Notes: a model not told the origin generated them from the sequence alone. Shown: positions 27,664-37,368, counted from the first letter of the stretch. The stretch: DNA of 64,000 nt from Alphaproteobacteria bacterium (GCA_013289145.1 JABDAM010000003.1:27301-91300), one strand, 5' to 3'. Program-made: numbers and translations.

Positions 27664-28422
27664 TCAGGCGCGCGGGGCCAGCGCGGCGGGTTGGTGTTTC
27701 GCGGGCACAAAGCGCGGTTGCCGCTGCATGGACCAGGCGGACATGTTTTGCTGGAATTTATAGTAATGATCGAAATCGGGAATTTGATACTCGCTGTCCA
27801 GGCAAAAACCGATGGTCGTCATTTTGCCGCTTTTGCAATCGAAAACCATTTGAACGGATGTGGCGGGCGCATCCTCGCCCGCCGGAAGATCGAGGTTTAT
27901 GCCCTTTAGGCTTTTTTGAGAATATGCCAGATGGCTGAGGCTGGTTTTGATATTCCTGTCTCTCATCAGGTTACACAGATAACTTTGAAAATGATCGATG
28001 CCGGTGAAGGGGGAAAATTTTTTCAGGCTTGCTGTGCCCGGATAGGGGCCGGCGAGTTTTTTTCCTTTAAACAATTCTTCAAACGCAGTCTGGAATTTTC
28101 CGGTTTGAGAGGCGTTTAAAGTTTCCCGGAAATTCAAAGCCGGAACACAGGATGTAATGAAATCCACAGTGACAAAAGGCGCTTCCTTTGAGTGCTCGCT
28201 GATGGTGACCGTCAGGTGATTTGCTTTTTGTTCTGAAAAAACCGTCGAAAAAGACAGCTTGGAAATGGAATAGCCCGCATCTTTCCAGGCGGGTTGGGTA
28301 AGCATGGTTTTGATAATCCCCAGCGCGTCGGGGGCGGATATGGCGGTTGGGCTGTTAGCCTGCGCGCCCGCCATCGCGGCGGCGGCAGAGAGCGCAAGAG
28401 CGGCGGAAAGTCTGGATCGCAT
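27664..28422 (-). CDS. Hypothetical secreted protein
   Basis: 252 aa with signal peptide MRSRLSAALALSAAAAMAGAQA. Confidence 0.55.
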   Translation of the reverse strand: MRSRLSAALALSAAAAMAGAQANSPTAISAPDALGIIKTMLTQPAWKDAGYSISKLSFSTVFSEQKANHLTVTISEHSKEAPFVTVDFITSCVPALNFRETLNASQTGKFQTAFEELFKGKKLAGPYPGTASLKKFSPFTGIDHFQSYLCNLMRDRNIKTSLSHLAYSQKSLKGINLDLPAGEDAPATSVQMVFDCKSGKMTTIGFCLDSEYQIPDFDHYYKFQQNMSAWSMQRQPRFVPAKHQPAALAPRA

Positions 28423-28528
28423 GGGTTATTTCCTTAATTTTCCCCTGATCTTACAGAGCGCGGCGTGGCGAGGTCAAGTTTTTTTGAGGGCTGGCGGGGA
28501 GTGAAAATAATCCATCCGCAAACCCTGA

Positions 28529-28546
28529 ATGTCATACGCCTGTCAT
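28529..28546 (+). promoter_or_regulatory. Candidate Pho box (PhoB binding site)
   Basis: aTGTCAT-acgc-CTGTCAT: two 7-bp direct repeats with a 4-bp spacer. It lies 8 nt upstream of a GATACT -10-like hexamer and about 60 nt upstream of the ATG at 28606. Confidence 0.45.
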
Positions 28547-28605
28547 ATTCGCTTGATACTCTGAAGCATGAGATTTCATAAACTCATTTATTTAAAGAGG
28601 ATATC

Positions 28606-29124
28606 ATGGCAAAAGCCGCTAAAAAGGATTTGAAAACAGCTAAAACTTCGGCTGATGCGCGCTCCGCGCGCCGGGCCAATACCCGCGAACGGGCGGAGCG
28701 GGCAACGCGCAAGATGGCGGCGCGGGAGCCGGTGGTTGAAACGCAGTCGCTGCGGCCGACGCGGGATATAGAGGGTTTGCAGAAAATCGCGCGTTTGATG
28801 AGCGGGCTGTCGCTGCGCGCGGCCAATGCTTATGCGGATGCGCGGATGGGCGAAGGCGACAAATATGTCCGCATCGCCGCCGCCGGATATCGTGAAGCCA
28901 TGGGAATTTTCGATGAAATTATTAAGGCCAATCGCGTCTTGAAGGAAGCCGAGCGCGAGCATTTAATAACAGTCATGAATGGCATCAAATTACTGCACGT
29001 GCGCATCCAGGATTATAACGTCGCCTGCAAGGATGAAGCATGGCGCCGCGAACACCAGGAAGAATGGAACCCGCACCCGCTGGGCGAGGATAAGCAGGGG
29101 TTTTTTGCGAAGGAACGGTTTTAG
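28606..29124 (+). CDS. Hypothetical protein (basic N-terminus)
   Basis: 172 aa with AGAGGA upstream of the ATG. The stop codon abuts the octamer-array repeat. Confidence 0.55.
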   Translation: MAKAAKKDLKTAKTSADARSARRANTRERAERATRKMAAREPVVETQSLRPTRDIEGLQKIARLMSGLSLRAANAYADARMGEGDKYVRIAAAGYREAMGIFDEIIKANRVLKEAEREHLITVMNGIKLLHVRIQDYNVACKDEAWRREHQEEWNPHPLGEDKQGFFAKERF

Positions 29125-29240
29125 TAGACGAGCGGACGAGCAGACGAGCGGACGAGAATAAAAAATTTCGTATGAGAGATTCATTTCATACATAAACCGC
29201 CAGAAAATCTCGTCTACGCGTCCGCTCGTCCGCTCGTCTG
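29125..29240. repeat. Inverted octamer-array element (copy A, intergenic/3'-terminal)
   Basis: The left arm is tagacgag-cggacgag-cagacgag-cggacgag (29125..29156). The right arm is ctcgtcta-cgcgtccg-ctcgtccg-ctcgtctg (29209..29240). The spacer is 52 bp. Confidence 0.85.
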
Positions 29241-30146
29241 CTGGATCGCCTCATCCAGTTTGTGATCCTCAATCCCCGCCGGTTCCTGGTGCAAAATGAT
29301 TTGCGCGGTGGGGTAGCGGCGGCGCAGGGCGTCTTCGAGCATTTCGGTGATGTGGTGGGCGTCGTGCAATGTCAGGTCGCCGGGCATTTCGACGTGGGCG
29401 TCGATGAAAACGTCGGGGCCAGACTGGCGCGTGCGGAGGTCGTGCATGCCGGAGACGCCGTGGTGCGCCAGGATGATTTCGGAAATGATGTGGCGGTCTT
29501 CGTCTTTCATTTCCTTGTCCATCAATTGCTCTGCCGCGCCGCGCGCGAGCTTCCAGGCGGAGAATAAAATATAAAATGAAATCAGCATCGACGCCGCGCC
29601 GTCGAACCGGTCAAAGCCCATGCCGGATATCAGTAGGGAAATAATCACGACGATGTTGACCAGCATATCGTTCATGTAATGCAGAAAATCCGCCTTGATC
29701 GACATGCTGTGCGTGCGGTCGACGACGCGGTGCTGGTAGATCAGCAATGCTAAAATCAGCACACTGGAAATAACCATGATGGTGATGCCGATAGGGGTCG
29801 ATTCCACCGGCTCGGGGGAGAGCAGGCGGGAAAAGGATTGAATTAGAAAATAAATTCCAGATCCCGCGACGAATGCCGCCTGCCCCAGGGTGACGAGCGG
29901 TTCAGCCTTGCCATGGCCCCAGCGGTGGTTTTTATCCGGCGCGCGGTGCGCGACGCGCAGGGCGTAAAAAGCCGTCGCGGCGGCGATGGCATCGCCGACG
30001 GATTCCAGCATGGATGCCAGCATCACGAGCGCATTGGTCTGAAAATAGGCGTACAATTGCAGTGCAATAATCGTCAGGCCCACGGCCAGGCTGACCAGGG
30101 CGGCTTTTTGGGTTTGGTGTCCGCGTTCGCGGTGGGAGAGGGACAT
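29214..30146 (-). CDS. Cation diffusion facilitator (CDF) family metal efflux transporter
   Basis: 310 aa with six TM helices and a C-terminal cytoplasmic domain (CzcD/FieF-like). The last residues QQTSGRADA and the stop codon are encoded by the repeat arm. Confidence 0.85.
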   Translation of the reverse strand: MSLSHRERGHQTQKAALVSLAVGLTIIALQLYAYFQTNALVMLASMLESVGDAIAAATAFYALRVAHRAPDKNHRWGHGKAEPLVTLGQAAFVAGSGIYFLIQSFSRLLSPEPVESTPIGITIMVISSVLILALLIYQHRVVDRTHSMSIKADFLHYMNDMLVNIVVIISLLISGMGFDRFDGAASMLISFYILFSAWKLARGAAEQLMDKEMKDEDRHIISEIILAHHGVSGMHDLRTRQSGPDVFIDAHVEMPGDLTLHDAHHITEMLEDALRRRYPTAQIILHQEPAGIEDHKLDEAIQQTSGRADA

Positions 30147-30270
30147 GGGAACTAGGGATGAGGAGTTATAGGGGCTAGGAAAAATACGTTATTTAGATCC
30201 TGGTTCCTAGCCCTGATATGGAAATAAAATCTAAAATTTTCTATTTCATGAAAGTGCAATGCAATCCCAT

Positions 30271-30855
30271 TTAAGGATATAACCGCATTTGCTGCCACTC
30301 GCCGTTTTCGCGCGTGTAAAGCATCCGTTCGTGCAAACGGTGCGGGCGTTGTTGCCAGAATTCGATGCGGTGGGGGATGATTAGATATCCACCCCAATAG
30401 GGCGGGCGCGGAATGGCTTGATCAGTGAATTTGTTTTTTATCTGATGAAATTCAGTCGTTAATTTTATGCCGCTTTCCAATGGCCGCGATTGCTGCGACG
30501 CCCATGCGCCGATTTGGGAATCGCGGTGGCGGGTGTGGAAATAGGCATCATCTTCGGCGGCGGGGAGTTTTTGCACGGTGCCTTCGGCGCGCACTTGGCG
30601 GCTGAGAGATTTCCAGTGAAAGCACACCGCCGCGTGCGGATGGGCGGCGAGATCATGCCCCTTGTTGCTTTCCATATTCGTGAAAAAACGCAAACCGGCG
30701 GCGTCAAAGCCCTTGCATAAAACAATCCGCACATGCGGCGCGCCATTGACGTCGACGGTCGCCAGGCTCATCGCGTTTGGATCATTCGGTTCGTGCATTT
30801 CCGCTTCGGCAAACCAGGCAGCGAATTGCGGGACAGGATCGCAATTAAATTCCAT
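30271..30855 (-). CDS. pdxH: Pyridoxamine 5'-phosphate oxidase
   Basis: 194 aa with the C-terminus RIEFWQQRPHRLHERMLYTRENGEWQQMRLYP, typical of PdxH. Confidence 0.9.
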   Translation of the reverse strand: MEFNCDPVPQFAAWFAEAEMHEPNDPNAMSLATVDVNGAPHVRIVLCKGFDAAGLRFFTNMESNKGHDLAAHPHAAVCFHWKSLSRQVRAEGTVQKLPAAEDDAYFHTRHRDSQIGAWASQQSRPLESGIKLTTEFHQIKNKFTDQAIPRPPYWGGYLIIPHRIEFWQQRPHRLHERMLYTRENGEWQQMRLYP

Positions 30856-30965
30856 AATGTTTTTTACGCAAAATTTATCATTAAGGCAATTTAACTAGAT
30901 TAATTCCCTGCTTGTGTCATGGTCGCAATTATGGAATCTTTACTGGCATGAACAGGAGTAAACCA

Positions 30966-31442
30966 ATGAAAAAATTTGTTGCAGCTTTTATGGCGGTTTC
31001 GATCATGGCTTTGACGGCTTGCCAGACGACCCAGGATTGGGGTCCGAAACAGGGCGTGGGCACGGTGGCGGGCGCTATCGGCGGCGGTCTGCTCGGCTCA
31101 CAAATCGGGGGCGGCAGCGGCAAATTGTGGGCGACGGGCGCGGGTGCGGTTTTGGGCGCTTTGGTGGGTTCGGAAATCGGCAAATCTTTGGATAACGCGG
31201 ACAAGGCCGAAATGGCGCGCGCGAATTCCGAGGCAAACAATGCGCCGCTGGGCCAGGCGATCCGTTGGAACAACCCGGAAAGCGGGAATTACGGCACAGT
31301 CACGCCGATCCGCGACGGTTCGACGGGTTCGGGCCAATATTGCCGCGAATACCAGCAAACCATCACTGTCGGCGGCCAGACCAAGCAAGCCTATGGCACA
31401 GCCTGCCGCCAGCCTGATGGCCAGTGGAGAGTGGTGCAGTAA
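30966..31442 (+). CDS. Outer-membrane lipoprotein, glycine-zipper / 17-kDa surface-antigen family
   Basis: Start at MKKFVAAFMAVSIMALTAC (lipobox). It has a glycine zipper (GAIGGGLLGSQIGGGSG...GALVGSEIG) and a C-terminal segment YCREYQQTITVGGQ...CRQPDGQWRVV. Confidence 0.8.
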   Translation: MKKFVAAFMAVSIMALTACQTTQDWGPKQGVGTVAGAIGGGLLGSQIGGGSGKLWATGAGAVLGALVGSEIGKSLDNADKAEMARANSEANNAPLGQAIRWNNPESGNYGTVTPIRDGSTGSGQYCREYQQTITVGGQTKQAYGTACRQPDGQWRVVQ

Positions 31443-31460
31443 GCTTACTTGCACGAAATT

Positions 31461-31486
31461 AAAAAGCCGCCTTTGGGCGGCTTTTT
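31461..31486. terminator. Bidirectional rho-independent terminator
   Basis: aaaaagccgcctttgggcggcttttt is a perfect GC stem with an A-run and a T-run. It sits between convergent genes. Confidence 0.8.
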
Positions 31487-32321
31487 ACATGGCTAATTTA
31501 TTTTGGTTCGTTACAGGCAACATTCTCTGCCCGCAATTCACACCGGCGCGGGTGATGGCGGCATAAAAGGGATGGGTTGGATTGTCATCTAGGCAGTGTT
31601 TATGCATCACAGCAACCATTTCACTTGTCAGCCAGAGTTTTGCCTGCGGCGCAGACCCTTGCATAGGTTGAACGCCATGTTTTTTAACTGAATGGGAATG
31701 TATCACAACAAATTTCGCAAACATATCGTCCAAGCCTCTTGGCTTCCATAGAAAATCCTTGCGCTGTTTGCCTTTCCACGCTTTTTTGGGGATGAAGGCC
31801 AGCGCGGGATCGTCCTGAGGTTGTTCCGGCGCTTTCAATATATCGTTCAAATGCCGTTGGCAGGTGCTGCCGGACAGATACTGTATCGCGGTATTGTCTT
31901 TGCTATGCATGCCGTATCTTTGTAAAGTCTGCATGCATTTCATGATGGGATTAAATCGCAGCTGGCTAATATATTCAGGATGCCTAGCTTGCAAATCCGT
32001 CAGCAGCTGCACTGCTTGCACCGCATGTCCGATAACCATTGTGTTACGTTCTTCGGGCGTTACCTTTCGGCCTTTTCCTTCTGATAATTTTATGAGTGCC
32101 GCTATGTGCTTTTTAAGCTGCGGCAGAGTGCTGACCTTAAAACGCGCTATCGTCTCGTATTGCGCCCGGTACAGCTGCCATTCGGTGTGGATCTCTTGGC
32201 GGACGGTTTCGCATTCCTTTCGGACCGCGCCTAAGAATTGCTCCACCGTGGCATAGCGCGGCCCATGCAGAGGGATGATGCCGCTGCCGTCAGATTGGGA
32301 TGCTGCGCGTCTCGGTTTCAT
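31485..32321 (-). CDS. Hypothetical protein (orphan)
   Basis: 278-aa open frame, AT-richer than its flanks. I recognise no motif. Confidence 0.5.
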   Translation of the reverse strand: MKPRRAASQSDGSGIIPLHGPRYATVEQFLGAVRKECETVRQEIHTEWQLYRAQYETIARFKVSTLPQLKKHIAALIKLSEGKGRKVTPEERNTMVIGHAVQAVQLLTDLQARHPEYISQLRFNPIMKCMQTLQRYGMHSKDNTAIQYLSGSTCQRHLNDILKAPEQPQDDPALAFIPKKAWKGKQRKDFLWKPRGLDDMFAKFVVIHSHSVKKHGVQPMQGSAPQAKLWLTSEMVAVMHKHCLDDNPTHPFYAAITRAGVNCGQRMLPVTNQNKLAM

Positions 32322-32393
32322 GCGGAAAAGCGATTGTAATCTGCCGACTATAGCATTAAAACAGTGCGACTAATAGAAATTTGTGGAGGCTAT

Positions 32394-33257
32394 ATGACAT
32401 CGGCAGCTATGCTGGCACCCGAACCGACCATCGCGCAAGGCACCCTGATGAAGGGCAAGCGCGGGCTGATTATGGGGGTGGCAAATGACCGCTCAATCGC
32501 TTGGGGGATCGCCCAGGCTTGCCACGCGCAGGGGGCGGAACTGGCTTTTACTTATCAGGGCGAAGCGTTGCACAAACGTGTGACGCCGCTGGCCGAAAGC
32601 GTCGGCGCGCAGCATATCATTGAGTGCGACGTCACCAATATGCCGAGTGTGGAGGCGACCTTTGCCGCTCTTAAAAAAGATTGGGGCACGCTGGATTTTA
32701 TCGTGCACGCGATTGCCTATTCGGACAAGAATGAACTGGACGGGCGTTATGTTGATACGACACGGGATAATTTCCTCAAGACCATGGATATTTCGGTTTA
32801 TTCCTTTACCGCCGTGGCCAAATATGCGGCGGAGCTGATGCCGAATGGCGGTTCGATGCTGACGCTGACTTATTACGGCGCGGAGCAAGTCATGCCGCAT
32901 TACAACGTGATGGGCGTGGCCAAGGCGGCGCTGGAGGCCAGCGTGCGTTATCTGGCGGCGGACCTGGGGCGCGATCAAATCCGCGTGAATGCGATTTCCG
33001 CGGGGCCGATTAAGACACTGGCGGCGTCCGGGATTGGTGATTTCCGCCATATTTTGAAATGGAATGAATTGAATGCGCCGTTGCAGCGTAATACGACCAC
33101 TGCGGAATGCGGCGGCGCGGCGGTTTATCTGTTGTCGGACTTGGGAACGGGCACGACGGGCGAGGTTCTGCATGTCGACAGCGGTTATCATACCGTCGGT
33201 ATGTTGAATGTCGAGAACATCAGCAAAACGGCGGAGTTATTAGCCGGGATGAAGTAG
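32394..33257 (+). CDS. fabI: Enoyl-[acyl-carrier-protein] reductase (NADH)
   Basis: LMKGKRGLIMGVANDRSIAWGIA plus the Y-x6-K segment (HYNVMGVAKAALE). The ATG at 32394 is chosen; the ORF track starts at 32364. Confidence 0.9.
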   Translation: MTSAAMLAPEPTIAQGTLMKGKRGLIMGVANDRSIAWGIAQACHAQGAELAFTYQGEALHKRVTPLAESVGAQHIIECDVTNMPSVEATFAALKKDWGTLDFIVHAIAYSDKNELDGRYVDTTRDNFLKTMDISVYSFTAVAKYAAELMPNGGSMLTLTYYGAEQVMPHYNVMGVAKAALEASVRYLAADLGRDQIRVNAISAGPIKTLAASGIGDFRHILKWNELNAPLQRNTTTAECGGAAVYLLSDLGTGTTGEVLHVDSGYHTVGMLNVENISKTAELLAGMK

Positions 33258-33267
33258 TCTCAGCTTC

Positions 33268-34038
33268 TTACGGGCTGGGGCCGCCGCGTCCGCCCTTATA
33301 ACCGCTGCGTCCTTGGCGGGATCCTTGAGTGGATTTCCCAGAACCGCTTCCTTGATTTTTTGCGTCATAGGCTGCTTTGCGTTGCGCCACATGATCCGCT
33401 TTAGGATCGATTTCTTCCGGTTTCCAGTTCTTATCTTCAGTTTTAATTCTTGAAGTTTTTCCCATTTCCTCAATCGCAGTAGGGTGATGTGTATGTGAGG
33501 CAGCTCGTTCAGCTTTTGCTTTTTCTCGTGCCGCTGTATCCTGATCGATCTGTTGTTTGGTAATCGCCGCTTGTTCAGCAGAAACACCCGCATCTTTATG
33601 TGCTGCAAGCATGACGTCCGTAACGATACTTCCGATTTCATTCCAGGGGCGCGGTTGCTCTCCATAAATACTTCTGATTGGGTTATGCATGACGCTGGTC
33701 GCGTGTTTGTCGGAGGTTAATCCGTCGCTTGCCTTAGGCAGTTTGGACCATCCGTGCAGCAGCTTTTGTATAACCTGAATAAACTTAGGTAAGTTTTGAA
33801 AATTGCCTATCTGGTTGTAATCGCTGGGCGATTGGATGTCGAATGTATACATTCTGGGTTCATCCGCCGTGGAAATTCTTAACCACCATATATTGTTTTC
33901 ATAAGGCAGTGAAACCCAGGCAATGCTTCGATTATTGAAGGCCGGGGTGGCTGGGTTATTGGGATCCGGCGTAACCCGCAAATCTTCGCCATTAATCTTC
34001 ATGGTGGCGGGGAAGAAAGAATTTATTTGTTGAGACAT
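33268..34038 (-). CDS. Hypothetical protein (orphan) with a Lys/Gly-rich C-terminal tail
   Basis: 256-aa open frame, AT-richer than its flanks. The tail reads KNQGSGSGKSTQGSRQGRSGYKGGRGGPSP. Confidence 0.5.
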   Translation of the reverse strand: MSQQINSFFPATMKINGEDLRVTPDPNNPATPAFNNRSIAWVSLPYENNIWWLRISTADEPRMYTFDIQSPSDYNQIGNFQNLPKFIQVIQKLLHGWSKLPKASDGLTSDKHATSVMHNPIRSIYGEQPRPWNEIGSIVTDVMLAAHKDAGVSAEQAAITKQQIDQDTAAREKAKAERAASHTHHPTAIEEMGKTSRIKTEDKNWKPEEIDPKADHVAQRKAAYDAKNQGSGSGKSTQGSRQGRSGYKGGRGGPSP

Positions 34039-34152
34039 AAAGTTACCCTTTCATTTATCATTAAGCCCTTGCACTTTAATGACCCTGAATAATCAAAGTC
34101 AAGTTTTTTATGCGGGGATTGCGGGGGGGTGGGGGCTTTGGTAAGGGGATAT

Positions 34153-35217
34153 ATGGTTAATTCCTTTGGCACACTCTTTCGTTTCACGACCTGGGGCGAG
34201 AGCCACGGTCCCGCAATCGGCGTGGTGGTGGATGGCTGCCCGTCTTTGATTGATCTGGCCGAGGCAGATATCCAGCCCTTTATGGACCGGCGTAAACCCG
34301 GCCAGTCGCGGTTTGTGACGCAGCGGCGCGAGGCGGATGAGGTGCGGATTTTGTCCGGCGTCTATCAGGGCAAAACGACGGGGCATCCGATTTCGCTGTT
34401 GATTGAAAATGTTGATGCGAAATCGAAAGATTACTCGGAGATTGAAAATAAATTCCGGCCTGGGCATGCGGATTATACGTACCAGATGAAATACGGCATC
34501 CGCGATCCGCGCGGCGGCGGGCGTTCGTCGGCGCGGGAGACGGCTTGCCGCGTCGCGGCGGGCGCGGTGGCGCGGAAGGTATTGGGCGCGGGCGTCCAGG
34601 TGCGTGGCGCGGTGGTGCAGATTGGGCCACATAAAATCAACCGCGCGAATTGGAATTGGGATGAAGTGGATAACAATCCGTTTTTTACGCCCGATGCGGT
34701 GATGGTGCCGGTGTTTGAAAATTTTCTGGATGAGACTCGCAAGGCAGGGCAGAGCGCGGGCGCGGTGATTGAAGTCGTCGCGAGCGGTGTGCCCGTAGGC
34801 TGGGGCGAGCCGGTTTACGGCAAACTGTCCGCGCGCCTGGCCGATGCGATGATGAGCATCAATGCGGTAAAGGCGGTCGAAATCGGCGATGGATTTGATG
34901 TGGTGGAATTAACCGGCCAGCAAAATGCGGATGAGATGAGAGGCGGACAGGGCGGCGCGGAATTTCAATCTAATCATGCAGGTGGAATTTTAGGCGGCAT
35001 TTCCACAGGCCAGGACATCGTCGTGCGTTTCGCCGTGAAGCCGACGAGTTCTATTCTGACACCCGTGCAAACGATTGATATTCACGGCAACAATACCGAA
35101 ATCCAAACCAAAGGGCGGCATGATCCCTGCGTCGGCATCCGCGCCGTGCCGGTGGGTGAGGCGATGATGGCCTGTGTTCTGGCCGATGCAATGATGATCG
35201 CGCGGGCGAAAAAATAA
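34153..35217 (+). CDS. aroC: Chorismate synthase
   Basis: [23 protein letters not shown]... with full-length AroC colinearity. The ORF track starts at 34129. Confidence 0.95.
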   Translation: MVNSFGTLFRFTTWGESHGPAIGVVVDGCPSLIDLAEADIQPFMDRRKPGQSRFVTQRREADEVRILSGVYQGKTTGHPISLLIENVDAKSKDYSEIENKFRPGHADYTYQMKYGIRDPRGGGRSSARETACRVAAGAVARKVLGAGVQVRGAVVQIGPHKINRANWNWDEVDNNPFFTPDAVMVPVFENFLDETRKAGQSAGAVIEVVASGVPVGWGEPVYGKLSARLADAMMSINAVKAVEIGDGFDVVELTGQQNADEMRGGQGGAEFQSNHAGGILGGISTGQDIVVRFAVKPTSSILTPVQTIDIHGNNTEIQTKGRHDPCVGIRAVPVGEAMMACVLADAMMIARAKK

Positions 35218-35757
35218 ATGACGTTCACACTGCCGCCGTTTAATTTTGCGCAGTTGTTGGGTTTTATCGCCATGGCGCTGCAAATCTGGTCGGTGTCGTT
35301 TAAATCCGACCGGCGGTTGAATATTATTTGGATGGTCAGCAATGCATTTTGGCTGGCGCATTTTTATCTGCTCGGCGCGCATGCGGGGGCAATTAATGTG
35401 TTTATCAATTTTTGCCGCTGCGCGACCTATGTGGTGCGGGACTGGCGCGCGACGCCGCATTCCAAAACGATTTTTTTGGTGCTGATCGCGGCTTATACGC
35501 TGTCCGCGCCTTTTACGATTCATACTTGGGTGGATGTTTTGCCGCTGCTGTCGTCTTATGCCATTACGGTCGCGTTTTTTGTTTTTTCCGGCATTCAGGG
35601 GCGCCTGATTTTAATGATCGGCAATATCGGCTGGTTGATTTATGCGTTGCTGCACGGTTCCTATGGCGGCGTCTTTACCAATATCACCGTGATCGCGCTG
35701 GGCCTGATGACGGTGGCGCGGATGCGCGCGGATCAGGTTAAAACGGCTGCGCGCTGA
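35218..35757 (+). CDS. Inner-membrane protein, possibly YgjV-like
   Basis: 179 aa with about six hydrophobic helices. It starts immediately after the aroC stop. The family assignment is tentative. Confidence 0.5.
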   Translation: MTFTLPPFNFAQLLGFIAMALQIWSVSFKSDRRLNIIWMVSNAFWLAHFYLLGAHAGAINVFINFCRCATYVVRDWRATPHSKTIFLVLIAAYTLSAPFTIHTWVDVLPLLSSYAITVAFFVFSGIQGRLILMIGNIGWLIYALLHGSYGGVFTNITVIALGLMTVARMRADQVKTAAR

Positions 35758-35763
35758 ATTCCC

Positions 35764-36768
35764 CTAGCCGAATAACAGTTCCGGCAGTCGCGCATCCAGC
35801 GCAGGTTTTTTAAACATCTCTTTTGCGATGCTTTCATTGGGATCGAAAACCAGGCCGCGGCTTTGGAATTTGAATTTGCTCGCGCGGCCTGTTTTCCAAT
35901 CAGCGTCCTTTGGCCAGACCTGTTCAACTAAAATGATGCCGCCGTTGGGTGGGTTGTCCATGGTCAGCCATCGTTCCGCCGTTCCTCCGGTTAAAGCCAT
36001 ATCCAAGGCCCGGCCGGTCGTGCCATGGCACGGGATAATGACATTGCCGTAGCCATGCTCCAGAACCGCGCGGAAAATTGTGGGCAGGGAGTCGTTACGC
36101 TGGCGCCGCGTAACGCCATAAGCGGATTCACCATGCGCATTTTGCGCGTAAAATTTATTGTCTGAGTTCATTAGAATTTGCCATGCATGATGTGCGTGGG
36201 GATCGATTTTTGCATATTCCTTCTCAGATATGCCGTCCCAAATACCAAAGGTTTGTTCCGCCAAACTCAGGATTTCTTTATGCGCGACTTCAAAGCCGCT
36301 CGCCCGCAGGCTTTGATACATTTCATGCGCCGTATGACGCGCGCGCCGGTAAGGGCTATGCGCGATCAGAATGGGCGGCATATGCTTTTTATAAGCACGG
36401 GCAAGTTCAGGATCATTACCGCATAATGTCAAAACTTCTTGATTAAGTTTTTGCGTCAAATAATGGGCTGAGACTTGCACCTGCTGAAGGCCGAGTTCGG
36501 TTAAGGGCAGGCCGGGGTCGCCGTATTTTTCCAATTTCTCTTTTCCTCGTTTGGCCTCTTCCGGATCATCAAAATTAACGTTTCCTGCGGACTTACCGTG
36601 GCGTTCAATCCAAACGCGCAGGGGTTGCGGGCCGCTTTGGCCGCAAGCAACATCCAAAACGCGCTCAAATTGAGGATCAAAGATATGTTGAGGATTAGGA
36701 TGTAGAGATTTTTGCAGATTATGAAGACCTCCATAATAAAGATCCTGGGCAATGCGGCGTAATGACAT
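35764..36768 (-). CDS. Histidine phosphatase superfamily protein (phosphoglycerate-mutase-like)
   Basis: 334 aa with the RHG motif (IERHGKSAGN) and a distal His segment (IIPCHGTTGRAL). Confidence 0.7.
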   Translation of the reverse strand: MSLRRIAQDLYYGGLHNLQKSLHPNPQHIFDPQFERVLDVACGQSGPQPLRVWIERHGKSAGNVNFDDPEEAKRGKEKLEKYGDPGLPLTELGLQQVQVSAHYLTQKLNQEVLTLCGNDPELARAYKKHMPPILIAHSPYRRARHTAHEMYQSLRASGFEVAHKEILSLAEQTFGIWDGISEKEYAKIDPHAHHAWQILMNSDNKFYAQNAHGESAYGVTRRQRNDSLPTIFRAVLEHGYGNVIIPCHGTTGRALDMALTGGTAERWLTMDNPPNGGIILVEQVWPKDADWKTGRASKFKFQSRGLVFDPNESIAKEMFKKPALDARLPELLFG

Positions 36769-36951
36769 TTAAATTTCTCCTGATGCGGCGAGGCTACCAT
36801 AGGTCATCGCGGAAAAGCCACTTTTTTGTGGCCTGTTGGCGTTTAAAATTTTAGCAAAGCTTAACTTAATTCAGCCGGATCGGTTACGTTTCCGCAATCC
36901 CGGGCGCGTAAGATTAAGGGATATTAGAATTTTAAGAACGTTGGGGACAGA

Positions 36952-37335
36952 ATGCGTATAATTTCGTTGCAGAACATCGTTTTGCTGAGCTTTTTCATGG
37001 CGCTGCACGGCAATATCATGGATCATTTGCCGCAGCCGTTGTTGCAGATGCTGGGCAAGGGTGAGGCTGTCGCGATGTCGGAAAAATTTGACATGGGCGC
37101 CATGCTGGAAAAAATGCGCGCCGAAGAAGAAACCGCCATAGCGGCGCAGATGCAGACTATTCCCGGTATGACGCCTCAAGCTCAGTCCTTTAACTTTGCT
37201 GAAGGACAGCAGCGTGGGAATAATTTTATGATCCAATTCCCGGTTAACCCGAGCGCCATGACGCCGGAAAACCAAGTCGAAGTAAAAGAATTATTGGCAC
37301 AGGCCATCAGCGGCTATGTGCAATCCAGTATGTAG
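36952..37335 (+). CDS. Hypothetical protein
   Basis: 127-aa open frame followed by a strong terminator. The start is uncertain, with internal Met candidates. Confidence 0.4.
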   Translation: MRIISLQNIVLLSFFMALHGNIMDHLPQPLLQMLGKGEAVAMSEKFDMGAMLEKMRAEEETAIAAQMQTIPGMTPQAQSFNFAEGQQRGNNFMIQFPVNPSAMTPENQVEVKELLAQAISGYVQSSM

Positions 37336-37368
37336 TTTCGTTCCTCCGCAAAAACTCTATAAAAAATT

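Noticed and set aside
34108-34742. Minus-strand ORFs (174, 116 and 89 aa) overlapping the aroC 5' half
   Set aside because: They lie antisense to an unambiguous aroC and have Arg/Pro-rich shadow composition.
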